DNA of 42,643 nt, taken from UHGV virus genome UHGV-1882081. The stretch is one strand, 5' to 3'. This stretch comes from a virus. The notes under the pieces are model-generated. The model did not search any database and had not been told where the DNA came from. It saw nothing but the letters and a program-made list of their open reading frames with translations. Below are positions 1 to 8,860 of the stretch, piece by piece. The position numbers and the translations under genes were made by a program. The number at the start of each line of letters is the position of its first letter. The first letter of the stretch is position 1.

Positions 1-974
1 ATGGTGAAACCGCAGCAACTACAGCATTTTGAGGACGGTAAATACTGGTCAATGGCGACCACTGACCGCCCGGCCCATTTGCCTTTGTACTGGAGCTGGC
101 GAACAAGTTCGCTCCAGCCTGCGTCAGCTATTGCTTTAGACAGCTTCGGGTTGCGGATCATGTTTTTCACCTTGAGGGATTCGACGCAAACAACTTGGTT
201 TTCGTTAATCAGTTTGCGGGACAACTTGTGCAGATTGTCCATCCGGCAATCGGCGATTTTCGCGTGGAGTCGGGCGACCTTTAAGCGGGCTTTAATACGG
301 TTTCTTGAGCCTTTTTGCTTCCTGCTTAAACGTCGCTGTAGCAGCGTTAATCGCTTCGCATATTTAGCGGTGTGGCGGGGATTGTCGGTTTTGAATCCGG
401 TATCGGTGACGAATAAATCTTTTAAGCCCACATCAATGCCGACCGTTTTAGCGGTAACAGGCATTGATACAGGTTCAAACTCACACAGGCAGGAAACAAA
501 GTACCTGCCAGCGCTATCTCTGGAAATGGTAACGGTTGACGGCGCAGATGGTAATTCTCGACTCCAGCGAACATCCAGCGGCGACTTGCTCTTTGCTATA
601 TACAACTCGCCGTCACGGTGTTTAAACGCGCTGGCAGTGAACTCAGCCACCTGTTTGTGCCGTTTGCTTTTGAAAGCCGGATATGCAGCTCGTCCGGCAA
701 AGAAGTTAGCAAAGGCGGCTTGTTGGTGGCGCAACGACTGCTGGAGGGGAACGCAGGAAACATCATTCAGCCATATGTATTCAGGCTCTTTTTTGAGCGC
801 CGTAAGGCGAGCGTTGGCCTGTAGATAACCGATCTTTTCTTTTCGCTCGTAGTACGCATCGGTACGCCAACGAAGGATGGAATTGTAGACGAAGCGCACA
901 CAGCCAAACGTCTGAGCTAAAAGCTCAGCCTGCTCAGTTGTCGGGTAAAACCGGTATTTATATGCGCGTTTCAT
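1..974 (-). CDS. tnpB: IS200/IS605-family TnpB (OrfB) RNA-guided nuclease, N-terminal part; gene runs off the window start
   Basis: Minus-strand translation from ATG at 974 reads MKRAYKYRFYPTTEQAELLAQTFGCVRFVYNSILRWRTDAYYERKEKIGYLQANARLTALKKEPEYIWLNDVSCVPLQQSLRHQQAAFANFFAGRAAYPAFKSKR..., with a GIDVGLK RuvC-I-like motif further in. Not in the supplied ORF track because it has no stop inside the window. The 1..828 + ORF is its antisense shadow. Confidence 0.75.
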   Translation of the reverse strand, partial: MKRAYKYRFYPTTEQAELLAQTFGCVRFVYNSILRWRTDAYYERKEKIGYLQANARLTALKKEPEYIWLNDVSCVPLQQSLRHQQAAFANFFAGRAAYPAFKSKRHKQVAEFTASAFKHRDGELYIAKSKSPLDVRWSRELPSAPSTVTISRDSAGRYFVSCLCEFEPVSMPVTAKTVGIDVGLKDLFVTDTGFKTDNPRHTAKYAKRLTLLQRRLSRKQKGSRNRIKARLKVARLHAKIADCRMDNLHKLSRKLINENQVVCVESLKVKNMIRNPKLSKAIADAGWSELVRQLQYKGKWAGRSVVAIDQYLPSSKCCSCCGFT

Positions 975-1082
975 GTGTTCACATACTAAAGAGGAAAATG
1001 TGATTATGCAAAGTACAGTTAGTCGGAAAACCGCCTCCTTTCCTCCCCGGTCTGAAGGCCGAGGTTTCCCGGAGGCATTCTA

Positions 1083-1559
1083 ATGAAACTCATCAGTAAC
1101 GATCTGCGCGATGGCGATAAGCTGCCGCATCGTCATGTCTTTAACGGCATGGGTTACGATGGCGATAATATTTCACCGCATCTGGCGTGGGATGATGTTC
1201 CTGTGGGAACGAAAAGTTTTGTTGTCACCTGCTATGACCCGGATGCGCCAACCGGCTCCGGCTGGTGGCACTGGGTAGTTGTTAATTTACCCGCTGATAC
1301 CCGCGTATTACCGCAAGGGTTTGGCTCTGGTCTGGTAGCTATGCCAGACGGCGTTTTGCAGACGCGTACCGACTTTGGTAAAACCGGGTACGATGGCGCA
1401 GCGCCGCCGAAAGGCGAAACCCATCGCTACATTTTTACCGTTCACGCGCTGGATGTAGAACGTATTGATGTCGATGAAGGTGCCAGCGGCGCGATGGTCG
1501 GGTTTAACGTTCATTTTCACTCTCTGGCGAGTGCCTCGATTACTGCGATGTTTAGTTAA
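1083..1559 (+). CDS. ybhB: YbhB, PEBP/RKIP-family protein (host gene flanking attB-lambda)
   Basis: 158-aa ORF MKLISNDLRDGDKLPHRH...; matches remembered E. coli YbhB in length and sequence; preceded by a GGAGG-like RBS. Confidence 0.9.
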   Translation: MKLISNDLRDGDKLPHRHVFNGMGYDGDNISPHLAWDDVPVGTKSFVVTCYDPDAPTGSGWWHWVVVNLPADTRVLPQGFGSGLVAMPDGVLQTRTDFGKTGYDGAAPPKGETHRYIFTVHALDVERIDVDEGASGAMVGFNVHFHSLASASITAMFS

Positions 1560-1649
1560 TCACTCTGCCAGATGGCGCAATGCCATCTGGTATCACTTAA
1601 AGGTATTAAAAACAACTTTTTGTCTTTTTACCTTCCCGTTTCGCTCAAG

Positions 1650-1664
1650 TTAGTATAAAAAAGC
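1650..1664. repeat. 15-bp lambda att core, prophage/host junction (attR, bio side)
   Basis: ttagtataaaaaagc = reverse complement of the lambda core GCTTTTTTATACTAA; identical copy at 41299-41313. Flank 1641-1649 tcgctcaag matches the attB arm CTTGAGCG. Confidence 0.9.
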
Positions 1665-1812
1665 TGAACGTGAAACATTAAAAACCATTAATATCAATGT
1701 GTTACAATATCTTTAGTCTAAAAAATAGACTGCATAATGCTACAAAACACAACATATCCAGTCACTATGAATCAACCACTTAGATGGTATTAGTGACCTG
1801 TAACAGAGCATT
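1665..1812 (+). promoter_or_regulatory. attP P-arm (Int arm-type, IHF, Xis, Fis binding region), lambda-like
   Basis: Reads ...cagtcactatgaatcaaccacttagatggtattagtgacctgtaacaga..., recognisably the lambda P-arm in reverse complement with a few differences. Confidence 0.8.
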
Positions 1813-1854
1813 AGCGCAAGGTGATTTTTTGTCTTCTTGCGCTAATTTTTTGTC
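1813..1854 (+). terminator. tI terminator / sib retroregulator hairpin (lambda-like)
   Basis: attagcgcaag ... cttgcgctaat inverted repeat followed by tttttt; same orientation as int, as expected for tI beyond attP. Confidence 0.7.
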
Positions 1855-1951
1855 ATAAAAACATGTCGCACTCCAGAGAAGCACAAAGCCTTGCAATCCA
1901 GTGCAAAGCTTTGTGTACCTTAGTTTTGTTTCATAGGTAACTCTGTGTTAA

Positions 1952-2254
1952 CTACGATGCAAGAATCCATACCAATAAGCATCCGATAATTGGGAAAGAA
2001 AAATCCAATAGACTTCCCACATCCCACACGCGCGGATCAAAACCGCCCCACCACGGCATATTCATACGCTTGCCGTGCCCGAACATTTCAATCCAGCGAT
2101 ATTCTGCCTGGGTGTGTTCACGCGCAATGAAGAACGTACAACCAGCTATCGCACCGTAAACCCAGTTTCCGGTAAAAAGACCAACCAGAACTTGTGCGAC
2201 AACAGCGCAAAGTGCGTGAAGAATTGGTGTTATATCAACTTCTATATTCATCAT
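1952..2254 (-). CDS. hypothetical small membrane protein (two hydrophobic segments) between tailspike gene and attR
   Basis: 100-aa ORF with hydrophobic stretches ILHALCAVVAQVLVGLFTGNWVYGAIAGCTFFIA and FSFPIIGCLLVWILAS; occupies the position of O-antigen conversion genes in P22-like phages; no homolog recognised. Confidence 0.4.
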   Translation of the reverse strand: MMNIEVDITPILHALCAVVAQVLVGLFTGNWVYGAIAGCTFFIAREHTQAEYRWIEMFGHGKRMNMPWWGGFDPRVWDVGSLLDFSFPIIGCLLVWILAS

Positions 2255-2330
2255 AAATAACTCATTCCATTTTCACAAATAAGCCGCCAACAAGAAGACG
2301 GCATTAACATTAAAATAATTATATATGATG

Positions 2331-4322
2331 CTATTCCTCAATACCTAACCTGCTTGAAACCTCCGGCATAACAGTAACCTGAAGGGTTTTTGATGAATCT
2401 GTGTTTTTAATTGCTATGCTTATATTGTCAGAAGTGCTGTTATTGTTTGACACTGTTATAGAGTTTGCATCCACCCCGAGTTTCGAATAAGCATCAGCAA
2501 AACTAAGACCAACACTTCCACCAACAACTCTATATGAACCATCAATTCTGAATGACGATATATTGTTATTGCTAACATCTCTAATTAGAACCCATATAGA
2601 AACACCCCTGAAAACAAGGCTTGCCCCTGATGGTATTTGAAGTGATACAGTTCCTGTGGAACCCGGGGGGATACTGCCAGTATATTTAGTTCCGTGCAGA
2701 TATTTCCCCGGTAGATCTAAATACGATGTATCTGGCTGCAATAAATTATGTATATGTCTGCTATCTATGCTTCCAGACAGAACCATAGAATCATTTCCAT
2801 ATTCAATTATCCTTCCACCATCGTTACTTATTGTAAGTAATCCTTTGTTTCCTTTATTGTTTCTAACAGTTATATCAGAAGAATCCAGGCGGACAATTGA
2901 TATATTTTTTTCTGTTCCATGACAATAATTTGATGAAATTTCACCTGTAACAAGTGACGTACATAAAATGTCTGAACTTCCATCACTGTCGCCAGTAATA
3001 GTGTTACAGGAAATTAATGCACCATATACCAGACCTGTCGGAGATTCTCCAAATTGCTCTATAGTAATCCGTTTTGTGGTATTTGCTGATATGGTTATAT
3101 TATGAACATCGTCAGTTTGCGATGTTACTTTGATCCTTGATGAAACGGTATTTCCAGAAATAGTAACATTACTTGTATCATCCACCCATAAATATGACGA
3201 AAACGTATTACATGATATGACTGAGTTACTCACCATTGAGTTCTCAAGCTCACATGAACCATAGCTATTGTTATGGTCATAATTTCCTATAATCCTTACA
3301 AATCCATTCTGGTTAATGAAGTTGTATGATGTTGCATTTTGTCCGCCATAAGTTGAGTTATGCGATGTTTCAGCATTTGTAACGCCTATATGTTGAAAAT
3401 GACCGGCATTTACAGAATCAGGAGCAACTGATGTACACCCTATTATTTTTGTATTTTTGACAGTTCTTGAATTAGGGTCATTCTCCAAATAATAGTTTTT
3501 TGCAACAAATGCCGTAGAGTAAAAGAAACCTTCAAATCTATTAAATAAAATCTGAATATCGTCATAATCTCTTTGGTCTTCATTTGCATAGCAATAAAAT
3601 GCTCTTGAAGACTCGGAGTAATCCTTGCATTTCTGAACACCAGATAAAAGTGATCGTATTCTGCTAGATTTTATTCTAAATCCGTTGTGAATTAACGTTG
3701 CATCACCAACCAATGTTATTGGCTTAAGCAATTCAACCTTATCAAAAACAAATTCACCACCATAAAATCCAAGTATAGCCCCTTCTGGTACTGCATTAAT
3801 AGCATTTTGAATTGCTACAGTATCATCTGTTATGCCGTCTCCTTTTGCACCAAAATCACTAACACTAATGTGCTCGGCATTTTTTTGATGCTGCGTCCTT
3901 CTTATTGACAAGGTGAATGGTTGTTTTACTGCTATTAATGCATCTCCAAGATCATCACCTGAACTTGCTAACTCCTGCCTTAACTGATCCGGGTCATACT
4001 TCAGCACATTTGGAAAATAGAACTGCTGCGCACCATACGCATCATAAACAGCCATAGAATGGCCTTGCACAGTTACGAACTTGGCAATCTGTCCGTTATA
4101 TACCGGATATCCAGCAGCGTTAATGATGATTGGCTGTTCAACAGGAACGTGAGAGGCGTCTTCGTTCTCCACATAAACCTGAATCTGGTTTTCAGGGTTT
4201 ACCGGGTCAGTGTCAATTTTACCGATATAAATTTTGCCATTGGCTACGGCTTTAAAAGAACGAGCCATAGTGAAGAGTTGCGAAGGCATCGATACGATCA
4301 CATTGGCTGTAATGTCTGTCAT
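2331..4322 (-). CDS. tailspike protein: P22/HK620-like N-terminal head-binding domain fused to a right-handed beta-helix polysaccharide depolymerase domain
   Basis: N-terminus [55 protein letters not shown]... matches P22 gp9/HK620 tailspike head-binding domain; downstream [19 protein letters not shown] is the pectate-lyase-3-type motif of depolymerases. The 3' two-thirds is markedly AT-rich. Confidence 0.9.
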   Translation of the reverse strand: MTDITANVIVSMPSQLFTMARSFKAVANGKIYIGKIDTDPVNPENQIQVYVENEDASHVPVEQPIIINAAGYPVYNGQIAKFVTVQGHSMAVYDAYGAQQFYFPNVLKYDPDQLRQELASSGDDLGDALIAVKQPFTLSIRRTQHQKNAEHISVSDFGAKGDGITDDTVAIQNAINAVPEGAILGFYGGEFVFDKVELLKPITLVGDATLIHNGFRIKSSRIRSLLSGVQKCKDYSESSRAFYCYANEDQRDYDDIQILFNRFEGFFYSTAFVAKNYYLENDPNSRTVKNTKIIGCTSVAPDSVNAGHFQHIGVTNAETSHNSTYGGQNATSYNFINQNGFVRIIGNYDHNNSYGSCELENSMVSNSVISCNTFSSYLWVDDTSNVTISGNTVSSRIKVTSQTDDVHNITISANTTKRITIEQFGESPTGLVYGALISCNTITGDSDGSSDILCTSLVTGEISSNYCHGTEKNISIVRLDSSDITVRNNKGNKGLLTISNDGGRIIEYGNDSMVLSGSIDSRHIHNLLQPDTSYLDLPGKYLHGTKYTGSIPPGSTGTVSLQIPSGASLVFRGVSIWVLIRDVSNNNISSFRIDGSYRVVGGSVGLSFADAYSKLGVDANSITVSNNNSTSDNISIAIKNTDSSKTLQVTVMPEVSSRLGIEE

Positions 4323-4380
4323 TTAATTTGCTCCAGATACAAGGAATCGCCGAAGCATGGCTACGGTGAATTTTGGGCAT

Positions 4381-4404
4381 AAAAAAACCCAGCCGAAGCT
4401 GGGT
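4381..4404 (-). terminator. rho-independent terminator downstream of ant
   Basis: On the minus strand acccagc-ttcg-gctgggt hairpin followed by a 7-T run (plus strand aaaaaaacccagccgaagctgggt). Confidence 0.7.
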
Positions 4405-4422
4405 CGTTGCGTTGGTTATCTG

Positions 4423-5352
4423 TCAGTAGTTATGTACTGAAGGAGGTAATTCTTTATTCTTAAGTCTCATCCATGCGGAAAGATTCGTTGGTCCGTCTGG
4501 CTCATTGATATCAACATCTCGTGTGTGGTTTATTAAAACGTCTCTCGCCATTCCGATAACATACGAGAATTCATGACCGTAGTCGTAGCATCTGCCGGAA
4601 TAGTTCGATTGAATTTGTTTTAATGCCGGATACAGTTCGCGGAATAATGCCTGTGAGCGGTTGGCATAATCCCATAGCCATACAAGGCTGTTTGCTTCTT
4701 TTGCAGAAAGCTCGTTGGTTTTCTTCTCTTGTTTGCCAATGAACTCACCTTCAAGTGGAACTCGAGCTGCAAGTGACAGTGCTTCTGTAAACTGCTCCTC
4801 ACTGATTTCTTTGTACGAACATCCAAAATGGGATTTCAGTGACGACCACATGGTGATCATCGCCTTAGCCTGCTTTTCTTTTGGTAGAGACTGACCGCGA
4901 CTCATGACGAGTTGTTTAATGGCTTCCTGCTGTTCAGTGGTGATTTTACCCGGCAACGCCTTTTTAGCTTTGCGTTGGTTAACTACATCGCCTTTAGTCC
5001 AGTACTCGTAGAGCACATCGTCACACTCTTCCTGATACTGGATTACCTTGTCGCGGATTTCAGGGCGGACTTTGTTTGGACTGATGGTTTGCAGCCAGCC
5101 AGCAAGTTTGCGAAGTGCCAAACAAATAATCTCACGGCACTGTTCATCACCAGGAAGCTGCATTGTGATTTTCACAATGGAGGTTTTAAACCGTTGCTTT
5201 ATTTTCGTAAACTGTGAAGCCCAATCCATACCCATACCTTCAACGATAGGTTTCATTGGGGTGTACGGCTCACCGTTGTGATTGACGACATAAAGCTCTG
5301 CGCCGTGGAATGGCACGTTGATAGTAGATACTGCTGTTGCTATACTTTTCAT
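4423..5352 (-). CDS. ant: antirepressor Ant (P22 immI)
   Basis: 309-aa [47 protein letters not shown]...; N-terminal AntA/KilAC-type domain; position between arc and tailspike as in P22. Confidence 0.85.
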   Translation of the reverse strand: MKSIATAVSTINVPFHGAELYVVNHNGEPYTPMKPIVEGMGMDWASQFTKIKQRFKTSIVKITMQLPGDEQCREIICLALRKLAGWLQTISPNKVRPEIRDKVIQYQEECDDVLYEYWTKGDVVNQRKAKKALPGKITTEQQEAIKQLVMSRGQSLPKEKQAKAMITMWSSLKSHFGCSYKEISEEQFTEALSLAARVPLEGEFIGKQEKKTNELSAKEANSLVWLWDYANRSQALFRELYPALKQIQSNYSGRCYDYGHEFSYVIGMARDVLINHTRDVDINEPDGPTNLSAWMRLKNKELPPSVHNY

Positions 5353-5418
5353 GTCAGTTTTTCCTCAAAATTTACTGGCGATTTAAGCCCGAGCTACTCG
5401 CAATAGCTTGGGCTTTAC

Positions 5419-5565
5419 TCATTCTGGACAAACAATTCCATCCTTAGCTACTGACTCCTTTAGTCTCCTCAATACCTCATTACTGAACGACCGATCATCC
5501 TTTTTCGCGGACTGCTCCAAAGCCTTTTCCAGCCATTCTGGCATCCTTAATGTCTTAACTTTCAT
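5419..5565 (-). CDS. arc: Arc-like ribbon-helix-helix repressor (48 aa); absent from the ORF track because under 60 aa
   Basis: Manual translation MKVKTLRMPEWLEKALEQSAKKDDRSFSNEVLRRLKESVAKDGIVCPE; AAGGAG RBS 5 nt upstream of ATG; Arc/MetJ-like pattern; immediately upstream of ant and divergent from mnt. Confidence 0.75.
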   Translation of the reverse strand: MKVKTLRMPEWLEKALEQSAKKDDRSFSNEVLRRLKESVAKDGIVCPE

Positions 5566-5669
5566 TTTTGCTCCTTTGTATGTGGTACGCATACATAGTA
5601 TTTAGGTACGCATTGATAGTCAATAGATACCTACATATCCTGTGGTAAATAATTATTCAGGATGCGCCG
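5566..5669. promoter_or_regulatory. immI divergent control region (Pant toward arc/ant, Pmnt toward mnt, Arc/Mnt operators)
   Basis: On the minus strand TTGACT-17 bp-TACTAT followed by inverted repeat tgtatg N7 cataca; motif ggtacgcat occurs twice. Confidence 0.55.
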
Positions 5670-5921
5670 ATGTCTGATCGTAAGTACAAAAACCCTCAAG
5701 TGAATCTGAGGCTTCCTGTAGAGATAAAGGAACGTCTTATTGAGCTGGCTGAGGCTAATTCTCGTTCATTAAATGCTGAGATGGTAGCAGCACTTGAGGC
5801 ATGGACTGAAAAAAATAAACATATTCAAGCACTAGATATTGCAACTATAGCATCGCGGTTGATAGAGCTTGAGCATGAGGTTGAGAAGTTAAAATGTATG
5901 CATGGCAACGGTGAAAAATGA
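5670..5921 (+). CDS. mnt: Mnt-like ribbon-helix-helix repressor (maintenance of lysogeny)
   Basis: 83-aa ORF, same length as P22 Mnt, N-terminal RHH pattern NLRLPVEIKERLIELAEANSRSLNAEMVAAL; divergent from arc-ant. Confidence 0.75.
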   Translation: MSDRKYKNPQVNLRLPVEIKERLIELAEANSRSLNAEMVAALEAWTEKNKHIQALDIATIASRLIELEHEVEKLKCMHGNGEK

Positions 5922-6232
5922 AACGCATCGCTATTTTGTTAATATTGTTCTTCTCTACAATAGTTTGCGCCAAACAAAAATCAGATAATGGCGATCTTAA
6001 AGGCCTGCAAGAACTCATGATAACTTCGAAATTTGCTGGCATGTGCGGCACAATCAAACAAATGGCAACATTTCAAGAATCAACAAAAATGCCTGGCGGA
6101 GATGAGTTCTTACAGCGTTTTCTGACCACAGAGCAAGCAAGACTTGGAATGAATCCACAGGAGTTTCTTGAAGCATGCCAGAAGTCAATTTCAGCTTATA
6201 CCAATTATTACAATCTAACTTCTGATAAATAA
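5918..6232 (+). CDS. hypothetical secreted protein (cleavable signal peptide), moron
   Basis: 104-aa ORF MKRIAILLILFFSTIVCAKQ...; start overlaps the mnt stop (ATGA); AT-rich. Confidence 0.6.
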   Translation: MKRIAILLILFFSTIVCAKQKSDNGDLKGLQELMITSKFAGMCGTIKQMATFQESTKMPGGDEFLQRFLTTEQARLGMNPQEFLEACQKSISAYTNYYNLTSDK

Positions 6233-6257
6233 TAGAAAGGATTTTATAAATAACTTT

Positions 6258-6743
6258 ATGAAAAAATCACTATTAATTATCCCGCTTCTGCTGGCTGGAT
6301 GCGCAAAAGTAAGTGACTACCAAGCAAGTTGCGAACAACGCTATCCAAAGCTTAGTGATATGGCTAATTGCCTTGATGCCAGCGTGAAGAACGACTCACG
6401 CATGGCATCAGCACCAACACCTAAGCTGTATGTCCTTGCTGCGAAGATGCTCGGGCAAGGTGTCGATGAAGGCAAGATAAGTGACGCACAGGCAAGACTT
6501 GAGCTTCAGAATCTTTATGTTCAATTACAAAGCCAAGAACAAGCCCAACAAATAGCGCAAAGCCAAGCATTCCAGCAGGCTTTATTGAATTATCAGGCTG
6601 TAAACACAATGCAAGCGATCGAGCAAAAAGCGCGCCAGCCTGTTATAACTCAACCTTACCCAACACGCGTTGACACATATACAAACTGCAATTCAGGATT
6701 TGGAAACACCGTCACATGCAACAGTAGCAGCAACATTAGATAA
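6258..6743 (+). CDS. hypothetical lipoprotein (lipobox LLAGC), Gln-rich, moron
   Basis: 161-aa ORF MKKSLLIIPLLLAGCAKVSDY...; signal peptidase II lipobox; Q-rich central segment; ends 3 bp before the convergent gp16 stop. Confidence 0.6.
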   Translation: MKKSLLIIPLLLAGCAKVSDYQASCEQRYPKLSDMANCLDASVKNDSRMASAPTPKLYVLAAKMLGQGVDEGKISDAQARLELQNLYVQLQSQEQAQQIAQSQAFQQALLNYQAVNTMQAIEQKARQPVITQPYPTRVDTYTNCNSGFGNTVTCNSSSNIR

Positions 6744-6745
6744 AG

Positions 6746-8860
6746 CTATTCATATTCATTCATACCGCTTAACGAGGCGACAATACCAGCTCTCGACAAG
6801 CGATTGAATTCATCGCTACCAATAGCATCGCGTATTGCTTTTACGGCGGCTTTATTTGCCATAAATCTGCGTTCCGCCGCCGCTAATGCTTCTTTACTTC
6901 CGCCAGCTCTTACTGCTTTCGTGGCTTCCTGAACTGCTTTCTCTATCGCATATCGACCGCTACGCGTGGTGGCAATTTTAGATACAGCACCTTTTAACCC
7001 GGCGCCAACTAAAGCACCTGCGGCAGCGCCTGCAATGCCCCCTCCTGCTCCACCAACAATGGCACCTGATGTTGAGTTGGCAATTGCATTTAACACTGTT
7101 GATGTGACGTTGGATAAACCGGCATCCAGATCGCGTAGTACATTGGCGGTTCTCCCTGTTCTTTCAATATACTGCTGAGGTTTCACTGCTGCTCTTGCAA
7201 GAGTGCCATATGCATCTGCAATTCTTCCAAGCTCTGAGGAATATCGGCTAATGGCTTTTACATTTTGTGGAGTGAGTATCTCTGCGATATGGTTAATTCC
7301 TGCTGCATCAGCTTTGCCACCACGTACACCATGCGAGATAGCATCTTGCAACATTGATGATATAGCAGGAACACGCTCTGATTCTGGCAGCGCGCGGATC
7401 ATAGAATGGAACCCAGCAGGACCATTAAGACCTTTAGCTGACGATGATTGAAGGGATTTTACTCCATTCGTAATCAGTGCATCTGTTGCCAAATCACGCC
7501 CGAAAACAGACTCTGCACTCTCTTGTGCTGATAACCTCGCTTTAGACAGATCATTAGCTTTCTGCCAGTCATCAAGAAATCCGCCGTTTTCCGCCATTGT
7601 GCGCATATCATCAGTAATTGCCCGGCGTATTTCCCCTGCTCTCCTTGCCGCATTTGCCTCTCCGCTACGCTTATATTTTTGCTCCGCATCAGCAAATTTC
7701 GCTCTCCATGCTTTCATGCCATCAAATGTTACTCCACCTTGATTGTTTGCCTGAACAAACTGTTTCATTTCAGGAGTAAGCGGTATGCCAGCAGATCGCT
7801 CTGCCTGAATAACGGCATTACCATTTAGCATTCTTGCTTTTTGATTTGGCATTGTTGACCGCACGTCATCCCATGCCGCGCGCTCGGCATCCTTCATCTG
7901 ATCAAGATTTTGAAGAATCCTTTGTTTTATAGCCGCACTTTTTTCTGATGCCGTTCCAGATGCGGCCCCAAATTCATCAAGGTTTCGACTTAACTTTGAT
8001 GATATTTCGTTAAATGCTGCCTGATGGGCATCCTGAACAATTCCTGGTGTTGATGCCAATGCGCCTTCGGCTTGTGCAATTCCACGACTTCCAGATCGCA
8101 TTCCTGGTGTTAATGCGTTTATATCAATTCCAGCAGACTCAGCCGCTTTTGCTACATCTTCGGACACATTAGCGGCCTGACTGGCAATTGACTGACGCCC
8201 TGCACCTGACTTTGCCATCCTGGAAACATCATTAGCAGAATTCAGTGCTGCACCACCAAGAGCCTGTGAAACCCTTGGCGCAATAACGCGCCCGGCACCT
8301 GAAAGAACGCCTTGAGCACCAATATTGATACCACCGTTAATGGCAGCATTTTGTGCAAAGTCGCCCTCCTGATTTGCAGCATCAGCAAGAGAACCTGCAA
8401 TCATGTTTCCTGCGGAACCGATATCTCCAGCGAGCTTTGCTGGCGCTCCAGCAGCTTTTGCCGCTGTGCCAATTGGCAGGAGATACCCACCAATTGTTTC
8501 ACCGGCTTGCGCGTAAGGGTCTGTCGGTCGATCGACAGGGCGATAAACATCATCCAAAACCTTTGGGCCACCAAGCCCCTGGCTGATAGCATTAATCAGA
8601 CTTGCGCCACCCTGCAATACGTCAAATGGTATGTTTACCAGACCACGACCAGCCTGTTCTGCAATTTGCCCGGCACTTTGACCACCAGTGAGCCAGTCAG
8701 TAGCTTTTCCTACCAGAGATTGTTCTTCTGGCTGCGATTGGTTTTGAGTGGATTGATCATCAGAAGACAGCATCTGAGCAATGCGACGTGCTCCCTCAGT
8801 ATCGCCGGCAGCATCAGCATTCCTTAACGCCGTCATCAACTGTTCACGACTATAGGCCAT
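6746..8860 (-). CDS. ejection (E) protein, P22 gp16-like
   Basis: 704-aa ORF, last gene of the virion operon, Gly/Ala-rich; order gp7-gp20-gp16 conserved. Confidence 0.75.
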   Translation of the reverse strand: MAYSREQLMTALRNADAAGDTEGARRIAQMLSSDDQSTQNQSQPEEQSLVGKATDWLTGGQSAGQIAEQAGRGLVNIPFDVLQGGASLINAISQGLGGPKVLDDVYRPVDRPTDPYAQAGETIGGYLLPIGTAAKAAGAPAKLAGDIGSAGNMIAGSLADAANQEGDFAQNAAINGGINIGAQGVLSGAGRVIAPRVSQALGGAALNSANDVSRMAKSGAGRQSIASQAANVSEDVAKAAESAGIDINALTPGMRSGSRGIAQAEGALASTPGIVQDAHQAAFNEISSKLSRNLDEFGAASGTASEKSAAIKQRILQNLDQMKDAERAAWDDVRSTMPNQKARMLNGNAVIQAERSAGIPLTPEMKQFVQANNQGGVTFDGMKAWRAKFADAEQKYKRSGEANAARRAGEIRRAITDDMRTMAENGGFLDDWQKANDLSKARLSAQESAESVFGRDLATDALITNGVKSLQSSSAKGLNGPAGFHSMIRALPESERVPAISSMLQDAISHGVRGGKADAAGINHIAEILTPQNVKAISRYSSELGRIADAYGTLARAAVKPQQYIERTGRTANVLRDLDAGLSNVTSTVLNAIANSTSGAIVGGAGGGIAGAAAGALVGAGLKGAVSKIATTRSGRYAIEKAVQEATKAVRAGGSKEALAAAERRFMANKAAVKAIRDAIGSDEFNRLSRAGIVASLSGMNEYE

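Noticed and set aside
1-828. 275-aa plus-strand ORF at the window start (and nested 618-824 ORF)
   Set aside because: It is the antisense shadow of the minus-strand tnpB, which has a clear TnpB N-terminus and RuvC-I motif; the plus-strand translation is low-complexity with no RBS context.
5408-5605. 65-aa plus-strand ORF in the immI region
   Set aside because: Overlaps the well-supported minus-strand arc gene and its promoter; lacks an RBS; arc-ant-mnt architecture explains the region.
8312-8827. 171-aa and neighbouring plus-strand ORFs inside the gp16 region
   Set aside because: Antisense to the long, compositionally coherent gp16-like ORF; typical shadow ORFs in GC-biased coding sequence.
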